Below, piece by piece: positions 26,999 through 35,459 of a DNA stretch of 56,310 bases. Source of the stretch: a virus; IMG/VR virus record IMGVR_UViG_3300022562_001240. One strand, written 5' to 3'. The stretch's first letter is position 1. Every line of letters starts with the position of its first letter. The position numbers were made by a program, and so were the translations under genes. A model generated the notes under the pieces. The model was given only the letters and a program-made list of their open reading frames with translations. It ran no database searches and had not been told where the DNA came from.

Positions 26999-27172
26999 AT
27001 GCCACTACAACGAGATCACGAAAACAAAATGATTCTTGGCGTCTGTGCAGGACTTGCCAAAGAAATGAACATCGATCCCACAGTCATGCGGTTGATTTTC
27101 GCCGTTGCAACTTTGATGGGTTTTGGATTGCCGATTTTGATCTACATCATTCTGGCAATCGTCATGAAATAA
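26999..27172 (+). CDS. PspC-domain small membrane protein (57 aa)
   Basis: MPLQRDHENKMILGVCAGLAKEMNIDPTVMRLIFAVATLMGFGLPILIYIILAIVMK is a PspC N-domain followed by a TM helix. GGTGGAGG ribosome-binding site upstream. It is below the 60-aa cut-off of the ORF track. Confidence 0.6.
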   Translation: MPLQRDHENKMILGVCAGLAKEMNIDPTVMRLIFAVATLMGFGLPILIYIILAIVMK

Positions 27173-27181
27173 GGAGAAACC

Positions 27182-27928
27182 ATGGGACTATTCCAAGAAT
27201 ACATGGATGCCAAAGGACAGGTGAAGAAGCCTGTCGTTGACATTCATGGAGGCAAACCGACGCCAGCAACACCGCCGACCAAACCGCCCAAAGAACACGG
27301 AAACGCTCCGTACATCGCCAAAGGCGAAAAAGGCGGAAAGAAAGGGTTCGGCGATCTCGGCGACACAAAGTGTAAGTGTGATGGCAAGGAACCCGCTCCA
27401 GCCAAGATTCCAACAGCCGAACATGCCGAAATTGCAGCGTTGGTTACAGACGTGATGCTGAAAGATGGTGCTCTGGTCGAACAACTGGTCTACCAGTTGA
27501 AGAACAAGGGCCTACTGGGCGTTGTGGTCGCAGAGATGTTGACCTACAAGGAGACGTACCAGCATCTCACAGAAATCATGGCTCACGAATCATATGGTCC
27601 CAAGGTTTGCGGCAAGCTCATTCGTGCCATGAACGAAGAAGTTGCCCCACCACTCAGTGCCAGCCTTGAAGGCGAAGACATTGAGGATGACGCAGACGAA
27701 GCCGAGGAAGGCGATGAATTCGACAATGAATTCTCGGGCGACATGGAAGGCATCGATGATGAAGACATTGACATGCAAGACGCCGACTTCGAGATGGACC
27801 CAGCCCAAGCGGCTGATCCCTTGATGATGGACCCGACCATGCAACAACAAGCTCCGGGCCAAGCTCCAATGGCCCCGCCACACGGTCAAGCAATGATGCA
27901 CCTTCAACGTGCAATGATGAGACGCTAA
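27182..27928 (+). CDS. member of the N-terminal-motif family (MGLFQEYMDA...); acidic centre and Met/Pro/Gln-rich tail
   Basis: AAGGAGAAACC ribosome-binding site. N-terminus MGLFQEYMDAKG. C-terminus ...DPTMQQQAPGQAPMAPPHGQAMMHLQRAMMRR. Confidence 0.5.
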   Translation: MGLFQEYMDAKGQVKKPVVDIHGGKPTPATPPTKPPKEHGNAPYIAKGEKGGKKGFGDLGDTKCKCDGKEPAPAKIPTAEHAEIAALVTDVMLKDGALVEQLVYQLKNKGLLGVVVAEMLTYKETYQHLTEIMAHESYGPKVCGKLIRAMNEEVAPPLSASLEGEDIEDDADEAEEGDEFDNEFSGDMEGIDDEDIDMQDADFEMDPAQAADPLMMDPTMQQQAPGQAPMAPPHGQAMMHLQRAMMRR

Positions 27929-28149
27929 TGAATTTCAAACAATGGTTCGAAGAGACTGAAGCAGAAGAACATGCAAAGCGTAAGATGCTTGGCGCAAAGC
28001 GTTATGCTGCCAATAGTCGTTCGGATCATCTGGGACGCCCCAAAGGTGCGACTGTGGGAGGGAACCCACGGTACAGGGGAGGCAAAGGTTGGTGGACCAA
28101 CGTAGGCCCAACCAGAACACAGGACAAACGAGATGAACGAGAAGAGTGA
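27928..28149 (+). CDS. member of the N-terminal-motif family (MNFKQWFEETE...); small basic protein
   Basis: Start overlaps the previous stop in TAATG. N-terminus MNFKQWFEETEAEE. Confidence 0.45.
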   Translation: MNFKQWFEETEAEEHAKRKMLGAKRYAANSRSDHLGRPKGATVGGNPRYRGGKGWWTNVGPTRTQDKRDEREE

Positions 28150-28360
28150 CGCACGCCCAGCCACAAAAGATCTTCTCGACAGTATTCGTGGCGTCTTCAA
28201 ACACTATAGCAAATCAGCGAGAAGAAAATCGTGGGACGCCCTGATGTCACCGGGTGGCAAGTCCGTCGTCAACAAGTTGATCACCGACCCGAGGGCACCA
28301 GTTGTTGGCATCCCACGATTGCTCCGTTTCAAAGAATGGATCGAATCACTCGATCAGTGA
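28133..28360 (+). CDS. hypothetical protein (75 aa)
   Basis: ORF following the + strand block. Confidence 0.35.
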   Translation: MNEKSDARPATKDLLDSIRGVFKHYSKSARRKSWDALMSPGGKSVVNKLITDPRAPVVGIPRLLRFKEWIESLDQ

Positions 28361-28761
28361 ATCAATCTTCTTCAGATCCTCTTCTGTGAAGTACATCTTG
28401 GCACCTAACTTCTTGGTTGGTCCCGGCAGAAATCCTTCGATGACGTACTTCCTCAAATCGTCATATCTGACATTCAACCAGCGAGCGGCTTCGGCCAGAC
28501 TGTAAAGCTTGTCTCGCAAAATGATTCGTCGAGGGACTGGCTTCAATCTCTTTCGGATGGCACACTCTTTACATCTGAAACCACGACTGAAAGCATTCCA
28601 ACAAGTCATGTTGGTTTTTCCGCAACCTTTGCAACGATACTTCAACCGTTGCTTGCAACCTCGATACTCTTCTGACAGAAGTTCGCAGTTGGCCTTACGG
28701 AAACCCTCTCGGATATCGTCAATCGTAAGCTTCGGTCTTCTAACTCTCTTCTCCTTGGGCA
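28346..28761 (-). CDS. DNA-binding regulator: zinc ribbon plus a C-terminal excisionase/MerR-like helix-turn-helix
   Basis: CKGCGKT...CKEC zinc ribbon. YSLAEAARWLNVRYDDLRKYV helix-turn-helix. Start placed at the ATG at 28761 (MPKEKRV...) with AAGGACAG upstream. Confidence 0.45.
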
Positions 28762-29087
28762 TGTGATCTGTCCTTGTCAAACACGCCATCTGGATACCGG
28801 GCACTCAGCTTCTCGACATTTGCATCGATCACCTCTTGAAGTGAACTGCCAATGGTTCGGGCAGCAAATGCCAGATACCACATGCAATCACCCAGTTCCT
28901 TGACAGCGACTTCCTTTTTCAGTTCTTGACCGTGAAACACGACCTTCTTCATATGGTCGGCAAATTCCCCGGCCTCTCCAGCCAAGCCCAGCCCTCCGAG
29001 ACACAATTGCATTTTCGGTGTCTCTGTCGATTGAGGTGAGGCCAGTTTCAGCACGAATTCTTCGTATTCGGGTAGTGTCTTCGACAT
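28740..29087 (-). CDS. mazG: MazG-like nucleoside triphosphate pyrophosphohydrolase
   Basis: LGLAGEAGEFADHMKKVVFHG...ELGDCMWYLAFAARTIG...ANVEKLSARY matches the MazG/NTP-PPase EExxE helix pattern. Confidence 0.65.
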   Translation of the reverse strand: MSKTLPEYEEFVLKLASPQSTETPKMQLCLGGLGLAGEAGEFADHMKKVVFHGQELKKEVAVKELGDCMWYLAFAARTIGSSLQEVIDANVEKLSARYPDGVFDKDRSHAQGEES

Positions 29088-29098
29088 CCTTGTCTCCT

Positions 29099-29365
29099 TC
29101 AGTACAAAAGTTGTAACGCATCAATGAAAACACGCAGAGCGAGGCACAGTATTCCTGTAGCAGCCACCACGACCATCCAGTCAATGATGGTCCACTGATG
29201 CCACCTCAAAGATGCTCGCAGCCCGGTGGCTTCGGCATCGGAGGCGGCGGCAACCGTTTCTCGATCTCTTCCAGTTTTTGAAGTATCTTGATTTGGTTCT
29301 TCAAAATCTGGCTGATTTGATCGGCGATCAATGTGGGGAAATTCATGGTTGGAACCATTTTCCAT
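29099..29365 (-). CDS. membrane protein (88 aa; C-terminal TM helix)
   Basis: IIDWMVVVAATGILCLAL hydrophobic segment. Confidence 0.4.
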   Translation of the reverse strand: MENGSNHEFPHIDRRSNQPDFEEPNQDTSKTGRDRETVAAASDAEATGLRASLRWHQWTIIDWMVVVAATGILCLALRVFIDALQLLY

Positions 29366-29822
29366 TGAACAAAATCTTGGGGCCTCCCAAGTCTCCTTCG
29401 AGCCAGACAGTTTCTACTCCTGACTCAGCAAGCATCGTGAATGCGTGTTCGATGGATTCCTTCCAGTGATCCGGCGTTCCATCGAGCATCTTCTTGTGTC
29501 CAACCACCTGCCGGATGCCAACACTGATGATGGCCCGAGCACAATCCGAACAAGCGAACCACGGAACATACATGGTCGAACCCGGAAGTGGCAGTTGAAG
29601 CTTGGCAGCCTTGAAGATGGCGTTGCGTTCGGCGTGCTCAATGAAGTTGTACTTCAATGGCCGCTGCAAACGATCATCTGTGACTTTCACTCGATCTGGG
29701 AAGCGATTACAGTCTTCTGCTGTTCCCGCCGAAGTGACAACCACGGCTCCGTTCTGGGTTGATGGGTCAGGGCTTTTCGTAGCAGCCTTGTACGCCATCA
29801 ACATGTATTGCTGAGGTGTCAT
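29343..29822 (-). CDS. CMP/dCMP deaminase family, copy 2
   Basis: HAERNAI ... FACSDCARAI zinc-ligand motifs. Confidence 0.7.
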   Translation of the reverse strand: MTPQQYMLMAYKAATKSPDPSTQNGAVVVTSAGTAEDCNRFPDRVKVTDDRLQRPLKYNFIEHAERNAIFKAAKLQLPLPGSTMYVPWFACSDCARAIISVGIRQVVGHKKMLDGTPDHWKESIEHAFTMLAESGVETVWLEGDLGGPKILFNGKWFQP

Positions 29823-29839
29823 CCTTGACTCCTGATGGG

Positions 29840-31249
29840 TTAAGCTGCATCCGCATGTGGGATCGGCTGCAAGCTGTGTCGAATCTTCATCTGCTTACCG
29901 CCACGAGCCGGGCTCAAGAAACGACTGAATCTCAAGTCGTTGATGATTGGCTCCACATCATGCAATCGCAGGCAGTAAGCCACCAGTGAACCGCAAGCCG
30001 AACCACGGCCCGGACCCACGGCTTCTGAGCCATCGCCGAACCCAACAATGCTGGGGCCGACATGGCGAGCTTCATCTGTCATCTGTTTCTGAATCAGGAA
30101 GTAGCTGGAGAAGCCCTTCTCACAGATCAGGTCGTACTCTTCCCGGATGCGGGATGAGTATTCCTTGGTGGCTGGACAACCTCGGGCCTTGAAGCCTCGC
30201 AGGGTCTCTTGCCATAGAAGGTCATCGGCATCTGGAATCTTCGGGAGCTTGATGTCCCTGTCGATCTCAACGCCCTTTGCTTTCTCACAGATGGCGATGG
30301 TGTTTGCTTTGGCTTGTTTGAAGATCTCGTAGTCGATGATGTCTTTGTACTTCAACTCCCACATGGCGTTGAGTTCGTCTTCTGACTTCAGCCACAGATT
30401 GGTGTCCTGAAGCTCAAAGAGATCATCGGCTTGACCGGAATCGATCATGGCCTGCACTTCTTGAATCGTGCGTTTGTTTTGCTGCATCAGCATGAGTCGC
30501 TGATTGTGACTGTGCTCTTTCTTGATCATCGGGAGACCGTACTTCTCGTGTGCCCGAATGAGGAAGGCGTTGTACGGCCCCTGCATCTTCCAGTCGAGCA
30601 TCATCATTTCAAGGTAGAAGTTGTCTCGACCGAGCATGTCGATGTAGTATTCCAACATTTGGAATCCCGCCTCATCGCCGCCCTCAAAGAAGGCTGTGGC
30701 TATTTCGCTGATGCCACAACCACTGGTGAAAATGATGCCTTCCTTGTGTTCTCGGAGAGCATCATGGTTGATTCGAGGGCGATAGTAGTATCCGTGAATC
30801 CACGCCCACGACGACAACCGAACGAGGTTTTGGTAGCCGATGTTGTTATAGGCAATAGCGAGCAGATGACATGATTTGCGGAAGATCTTCTGCTCTGGTG
30901 TTTGGGCTTTCGTCTCGGCATTGGGATCGCCAAGACTCTTGTAGAACTCAGCCGTATCAGAACGAGTGTTGGATTTGGGCTGCATCCGATTGACATACAA
31001 CTCGCAACCGAACAGCGGGTACAAGTTGTGCTTCTCTGCTTGTTCGATCTGCTGGGGAACTGCGCCCATAACCCCGTGATCGGTAATGCAGAGATACTTC
31101 TGGTTGATCTCCTTCATCCGCTGGGCATACTCCCACACCATGGCAAAGCCATCGAGAAGAGAGAAATCCGAGTGTCGGTGAAGATGCTCAAAGCCCATAA
31201 TCGGATGGTGCATTACTCGTCGCCTTCCTTGGTTCCGTTTTGTTGCCAC
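29840..31249 (-). CDS. dnaE: DNA polymerase III alpha subunit (DnaE-type), N-terminal fragment: PHP domain, thumb and start of the palm
   Basis: 469 aa. FEHLHRHSDFSLLDG and ITDHGVM (PHP motifs), then GPGRGSACGSLVAYCL. It ends at ...DLRFSRFLSPARGG, the position just before the catalytic PDxDxDF that opens the second fragment. Confidence 0.85.
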   Translation of the reverse strand: MATKRNQGRRRVMHHPIMGFEHLHRHSDFSLLDGFAMVWEYAQRMKEINQKYLCITDHGVMGAVPQQIEQAEKHNLYPLFGCELYVNRMQPKSNTRSDTAEFYKSLGDPNAETKAQTPEQKIFRKSCHLLAIAYNNIGYQNLVRLSSWAWIHGYYYRPRINHDALREHKEGIIFTSGCGISEIATAFFEGGDEAGFQMLEYYIDMLGRDNFYLEMMMLDWKMQGPYNAFLIRAHEKYGLPMIKKEHSHNQRLMLMQQNKRTIQEVQAMIDSGQADDLFELQDTNLWLKSEDELNAMWELKYKDIIDYEIFKQAKANTIAICEKAKGVEIDRDIKLPKIPDADDLLWQETLRGFKARGCPATKEYSSRIREEYDLICEKGFSSYFLIQKQMTDEARHVGPSIVGFGDGSEAVGPGRGSACGSLVAYCLRLHDVEPIINDLRFSRFLSPARGGKQMKIRHSLQPIPHADAA

Positions 31250-31428
31250 TGTTCAAAGTCGGCCAGCAACGCTGCTGCCTCTTGATCGATCTCTTTGACG
31301 GCGGCTTTGTGTTGTTCATAGAGCTTGCGGAATTCTGCTTGCATCTCTTTCTTCCGCTCATGGAGAGCGGTGATCTTCCCAGAGAAGTTGGCGAATTCGT
31401 CACTCAGCAGGTGTGCCGTTTGCATCAT
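31213..31428 (-). CDS. hypothetical coiled-coil protein (71 aa)
   Basis: ORF on the dominant strand. Confidence 0.35.
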   Translation of the reverse strand: MMQTAHLLSDEFANFSGKITALHERKKEMQAEFRKLYEQHKAAVKEIDQEAAALLADFEQWQQNGTKEGDE

Positions 31429-31939
31429 TCATCCTTTCCCAGATGTCGCCCTTCTTCAGCCAGATCCCTTCCGTGGGATCGACGGCGAAGTAGTAGCCTC
31501 CCTGTGGCTCATACTTGGTTATCTTCCATTTCGGGCCACCGGCATCTTCGATGGCCTGATTCATCACTGCCCGTTCAACCATGAACGCATAAGTTTCATC
31601 ATCGCTGATGACGAGGTGAACGTGGGCGTCACATTTGGCTTTTCGATAAGGAATGTCCACTGTGTCCCAGCGGAACGGATAACCATTCTTCTCGATCCAA
31701 TGATCGGCATAGTAGCCCTTTTCATTGACCTTGATCTCTGGCTCGACTTTCCACTCTTCCCCGCTGGGAAGAATGAAGAGTTGGTCCCAAACCCCAAGTT
31801 CGTATCCTTTGCCCTCTGTCGTGTTCTCTGTAACCAGTTCGGCCTCAAAGACATCACGCATGATTTCGATGGCAACTCTCTTTCCGTGCGGATCGAATTT
31901 GTCACATAGTGTTTTGCTGAATTGTTTGTTGATACCCAT
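31400..31939 (-). CDS. hypothetical protein (179 aa)
   Basis: ORF on the dominant strand. Confidence 0.45.
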   Translation of the reverse strand: MGINKQFSKTLCDKFDPHGKRVAIEIMRDVFEAELVTENTTEGKGYELGVWDQLFILPSGEEWKVEPEIKVNEKGYYADHWIEKNGYPFRWDTVDIPYRKAKCDAHVHLVISDDETYAFMVERAVMNQAIEDAGGPKWKITKYEPQGGYYFAVDPTEGIWLKKGDIWERMNDANGTPAE

Positions 31940-31975
31940 TTACGAAAGAACTTCCTTGTTCATAGACGCTGGATT

Positions 31976-32659
31976 CTACTCGGTGCTCCTTAAAGAATCA
32001 AGGTCAGGATAATCGCTGCTTCCCAGAATCCCATCTGCCAAACCATAAAAAACGGCTTCTTCGGCTGACATGTACCAATCGACCTCATCTTTAAGTTTGC
32101 GGTCAAAAAATTTGTATGCCGTATCGTAAGTGGCCGTCTTCTTCCTCTTAAAGAATTCTGCTGTTTCTGAGGAAATGGCTTTTTCGGCAAAGATCTGCAA
32201 CATACGCTTGCAGGCCCGCTCTTGGAACTCGGCTTCGTTTTTCAGAGCGTAGGGATGCACCATTGAGCCTCCCGAGTATCCGTGGTGCATCAAGAAGTGG
32301 CAGTCTGGCATCATGATTCTGAGGTCTGCCGCTTGGAAGATGATGCCGCTCATAGAAGATGTCTGGGAGTATCCCAACATTGTGATCTGGCTGACTGCAT
32401 ACTCGATAGAATTGAAAACCGCCATGCCATTGTCCCAGCACCCACCGGCAGAGTGGAGATGGACCAAAATGGGTTTGTTGGGCGACTGATCGAGCAAATG
32501 CAAATTCTTAATAAAAGTCGTGGCTTGCCGGTAATCGACTCCCGGTTCTGACTCGTCGTCCTTGACATAGTAGCTGTGAAGGTAGATTTCCCTTCGATTG
32601 AGATTCACCTGATGATTGTGGATGTCATAAAGAACTTGATCCTTGGACTGACGGGCCAT
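31976..32659 (-). CDS. ClpP-family serine protease (possible prohead / maturation protease)
   Basis: ILVHLHSAGGCWDNGMAVFNSI (cf. ClpP INSPGGSVTAGMAIYD), catalytic Ser in GYSQTSSMSG, His in FLMHHG, and C-terminal AEEAVFYGLADGIL (cf. EAVEYGLVD). Confidence 0.65.
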   Translation of the reverse strand: MARQSKDQVLYDIHNHQVNLNRREIYLHSYYVKDDESEPGVDYRQATTFIKNLHLLDQSPNKPILVHLHSAGGCWDNGMAVFNSIEYAVSQITMLGYSQTSSMSGIIFQAADLRIMMPDCHFLMHHGYSGGSMVHPYALKNEAEFQERACKRMLQIFAEKAISSETAEFFKRKKTATYDTAYKFFDRKLKDEVDWYMSAEEAVFYGLADGILGSSDYPDLDSLRSTE

Positions 32660-32738
32660 TTTTCAGCCTCCTCTTGAGTATTCACTAGGCGGACGACGTA
32701 TTATAAGAAATTCGTCGCCAAACCTACATACTTATGAT

Positions 32739-33212
32739 ATGAACTTCAAGACTTGGATTGAGAACGAAGCCAGTTTAGGCTCTGGAACCCCAGAAATGGG
32801 TGCGATGCCCATGGTTAATAGGGGGAGCGAAACCCCTGCGTCCGATGCGGTTAAGCAAACTGGCCTCCAACCGCAAGTTGATGCCAAAGAGCTTAAGACA
32901 AAATCTCATAAAGAACAAGATGCAATGCTCGCCATTGACTCAGAAATCGAGCACATGGACATGCAAATCCCTGCCGGGGACGATTCTGAGACTCCCAAAC
33001 TGAACCAGTTCAAACAGCTTTGGGACGCTCTGAAAACAGCTTGGGAAGACATCAAGATGAGCGACAATACGCCCGGCGCAGAAGAGGGTGGTCTCGGCAC
33101 CAACATGGGCGACCCGAAGTATCTGGCGATGATGCAGCAGCACCCGAATATGGTCCCCGCAAGCGGCCAAGGTCAGGGACCACATGGTCCGGGCACTTTC
33201 GGTCAGCAGTGA
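32739..33212 (+). CDS. member of the N-terminal-motif family (MNFKTWIENEASLG...); Gly/Gln/Pro/Met-rich tail
   Basis: N-terminus MNFKTWIENE. C-terminus ...YLAMMQQHPNMVPASGQGQGPHGPGTFGQQ. Confidence 0.5.
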   Translation: MNFKTWIENEASLGSGTPEMGAMPMVNRGSETPASDAVKQTGLQPQVDAKELKTKSHKEQDAMLAIDSEIEHMDMQIPAGDDSETPKLNQFKQLWDALKTAWEDIKMSDNTPGAEEGGLGTNMGDPKYLAMMQQHPNMVPASGQGQGPHGPGTFGQQ

Positions 33213-33538
33213 ACTTCTGGGAGAATCTGATCCAGATCCCACTTGCCGTTGACTTTCAATTTACGGAAGTCGAAAGTCACAGAAACAACATGGTCAGTGA
33301 TGATCATGTGATGTTGTTCCTGTTGCCAGATAATCGAGCCGTTTCTGTCAAGAATCATGCCGCCGCAAACTCTGGCGTTTAGGCCCTCCACATCCCATGT
33401 GACGGTTGGGGCCAGAGGCTTCTCGGTGTTTGGGATCAATACCCAAAGACCTTCGGAGTCTTGATCGAACAAAGCCACCTTGCATCCCTGCAACAGCTTC
33501 TTCGCCGCTTTGAAATCCTTCAGCCAAGGATTGATCAT
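33203..33538 (-). CDS. hypothetical protein (111 aa)
   Basis: ORF on the dominant strand. Confidence 0.4.
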   Translation of the reverse strand: MINPWLKDFKAAKKLLQGCKVALFDQDSEGLWVLIPNTEKPLAPTVTWDVEGLNARVCGGMILDRNGSIIWQQEQHHMIITDHVVSVTFDFRKLKVNGKWDLDQILPEVHC

Positions 33539-33540
33539 CC

Positions 33541-33861
33541 TTAGTCTCCCATGATCAGCGATCCGAGATCATCGTCGATGCCAGCAGGCTTGACGTATCC
33601 GGTCGCTTCGAGTTTCTTTTGTGTTCGATAGGCATTCCGAAGACTCATACAACAATCTTCGGCACGATCCCATCCTGCCGTCTTCCAGACATCTTTGAGT
33701 GGGCCGACGTTCTGCCAGCCCTTCTCTGTGAGGTATTCAGCCATCACTTTCTCTTCGGCCTGACGAGCCTCTCGCTTCTTTTCCTTTTGCTTCTCTCGAC
33801 GGCGGGTCTTAGAAGCAGGTTCGTTGGCTCGCTTGGCACGTTGCTTTTTGGTTAGTGTCAT
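33541..33861 (-). CDS. hypothetical protein with a basic N-terminus (106 aa)
   Basis: Lys/Arg-rich N-terminus; overlaps the spoVR stop by 4 nt. Confidence 0.4.
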   Translation of the reverse strand: MTLTKKQRAKRANEPASKTRRREKQKEKKREARQAEEKVMAEYLTEKGWQNVGPLKDVWKTAGWDRAEDCCMSLRNAYRTQKKLEATGYVKPAGIDDDLGSLIMGD

Positions 33862-35459
33862 TTCAGGAAATCCTTCTCATATTGTTCTCTGGACATGATG
33901 TGGACATCACTATCCATGTTCGGACCATCGCAGACCAAGACGTATTCTTCCCCGTCAAGGTTCTGAGATCCCAGAACAACCACATTCTGCCAGATCATGT
34001 GAATTGAAGTGAGAACCTCTGTGGCGTACTTGTGGTACAGCGGTCGTCCATCAGCGTAGTGCTGCATGAAGAACCAGCCTTTGCCCAAGTGGTTCGGGTC
34101 GGTCAACCTGATGTCAGGCAAACCGCCATTACAGTAGCGTTGGAGCATCTGTTTCTTGACTTCCTTGAAATCACGAGACGTGATCTTCCACTCGCCCGTT
34201 GACATGCGGCGGTAGGTGTAATACTGCATCTTCTCGGCGAACTCTGGAGTGAAGAATTCGTTGATCAAGGTGTAGTCGTTGTAATACTTCCTGACTTCGA
34301 AGACCTTCTCCATGCCGAGCCCAAGTTTCTTATCCCACTTGGCCTTCTCCCGCATGTTGGTGCATTCTTCCCATTCCTTGCCGAACTTGCCCTTGTTCCA
34401 TCGATCTTCGATGTCCAAGAGAAGCTCGAAGCCCAGCTTGTATGGGTTCTGACTCCACTGACCTCCCAAGACTCGCATCTTGTGTTCGGCATAGTGCCAG
34501 ATACCAGCCGCTTCATCGTCCTGTCCGAGTGAGGCAAGGCCCTCCCGACAGAGTAGGTGGTAATCGACGAAACTGGCCCAACCTTCATTGATCATCTTCG
34601 TTTGTCGCTGAGGTTGGAAGTACATGGACTCATCATAGAGCATCGAGATGATGTCTTGCTGCCACGGCTTGAGTGGAGCATTATTCTTCAAGAATCCCAT
34701 GATGTCTCGATCAGCACGACCGAACAGGCCAAGGAATTCCGAAGCTTCTTTCTTCTCAATTCTCTCGTGTTCCTTCTCGATGTACGAGTCGGGGTTGACC
34801 CATTCGTCCATGTAGTCATGAGTGGATTTCAAACGTCTGGGAAAATGGTATTTTCTTTCATCCCTGACATTCTTGTTTTCAATCTTCTTTCGCTTCCATG
34901 CCTTCTGAGGATCAATGAGCGTTTCGATTCGCATCACATGGTCGATGAACTCTGTGACACGCTCGCCGCCCCAACGCTTCATGTACTGACGAATTCGAGT
35001 GCTGTGATTCGCCAGCTTGTTCATCATGTTTTCGTCAGTCGGCCCAAAGAAAATGTTGTTCTTGAAGAAGTCGTTGTGGCCGATGGCGTGACAGATAACG
35101 TCCACGTTGTCTACCAACGTGTTCGAGTCCATGCAGTAGATGTAACATGGATTGGTGTTGATCACCATTTCCGAGATACGGTACTGGTTGTATTCGTAAC
35201 CACGACTCATTTCCTCATATTCCATTCCCCACTTCCAGTGTGGGTATCGGACAGGGAAACCGCCGTAGCTGGCAAGCTCAGCCATTTCGTCGTAGCGGAC
35301 AAATTCAACGATGATGGGATAGTAGTCCAACCCCATATCCCTGCAAGCCTTCTCCATCTGAGGAAGCAGTTCCTCCACTTCCTTGTGGATCTTCAGACCG
35401 GGAATGTTGTTGTCACCAACCAGAATTGGTGTCCCGCTCATCATGTTAGATTTTGACAT
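33858..35459 (-). CDS. spoVR: SpoVR-family protein (YcgB-like)
   Basis: 533 aa. ...YPHWKWGMEYEE...NTNPCYIYCMDSNTLVDNVDVICHAIGHNDFFKNN... matches the SpoVR core. Confidence 0.8.
   Translation of the reverse strand: MSKSNMMSGTPILVGDNNIPGLKIHKEVEELLPQMEKACRDMGLDYYPIIVEFVRYDEMAELASYGGFPVRYPHWKWGMEYEEMSRGYEYNQYRISEMVINTNPCYIYCMDSNTLVDNVDVICHAIGHNDFFKNNIFFGPTDENMMNKLANHSTRIRQYMKRWGGERVTEFIDHVMRIETLIDPQKAWKRKKIENKNVRDERKYHFPRRLKSTHDYMDEWVNPDSYIEKEHERIEKKEASEFLGLFGRADRDIMGFLKNNAPLKPWQQDIISMLYDESMYFQPQRQTKMINEGWASFVDYHLLCREGLASLGQDDEAAGIWHYAEHKMRVLGGQWSQNPYKLGFELLLDIEDRWNKGKFGKEWEECTNMREKAKWDKKLGLGMEKVFEVRKYYNDYTLINEFFTPEFAEKMQYYTYRRMSTGEWKITSRDFKEVKKQMLQRYCNGGLPDIRLTDPNHLGKGWFFMQHYADGRPLYHKYATEVLTSIHMIWQNVVVLGSQNLDGEEYVLVCDGPNMDSDVHIMSREQYEKDFLK

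Noticed and set aside
21087-29839. Intein or split-intein explanation for the two dnaE fragments
   Set aside because: The N-fragment does not continue into a Cys/Ser-initiated Hint domain; only 18 non-homologous residues follow the extein. The C-fragment has no ...HN-(C/S/T) junction before FPDIDIDF. The intervening 8.7 kb holds ordinary genes in both orientations.
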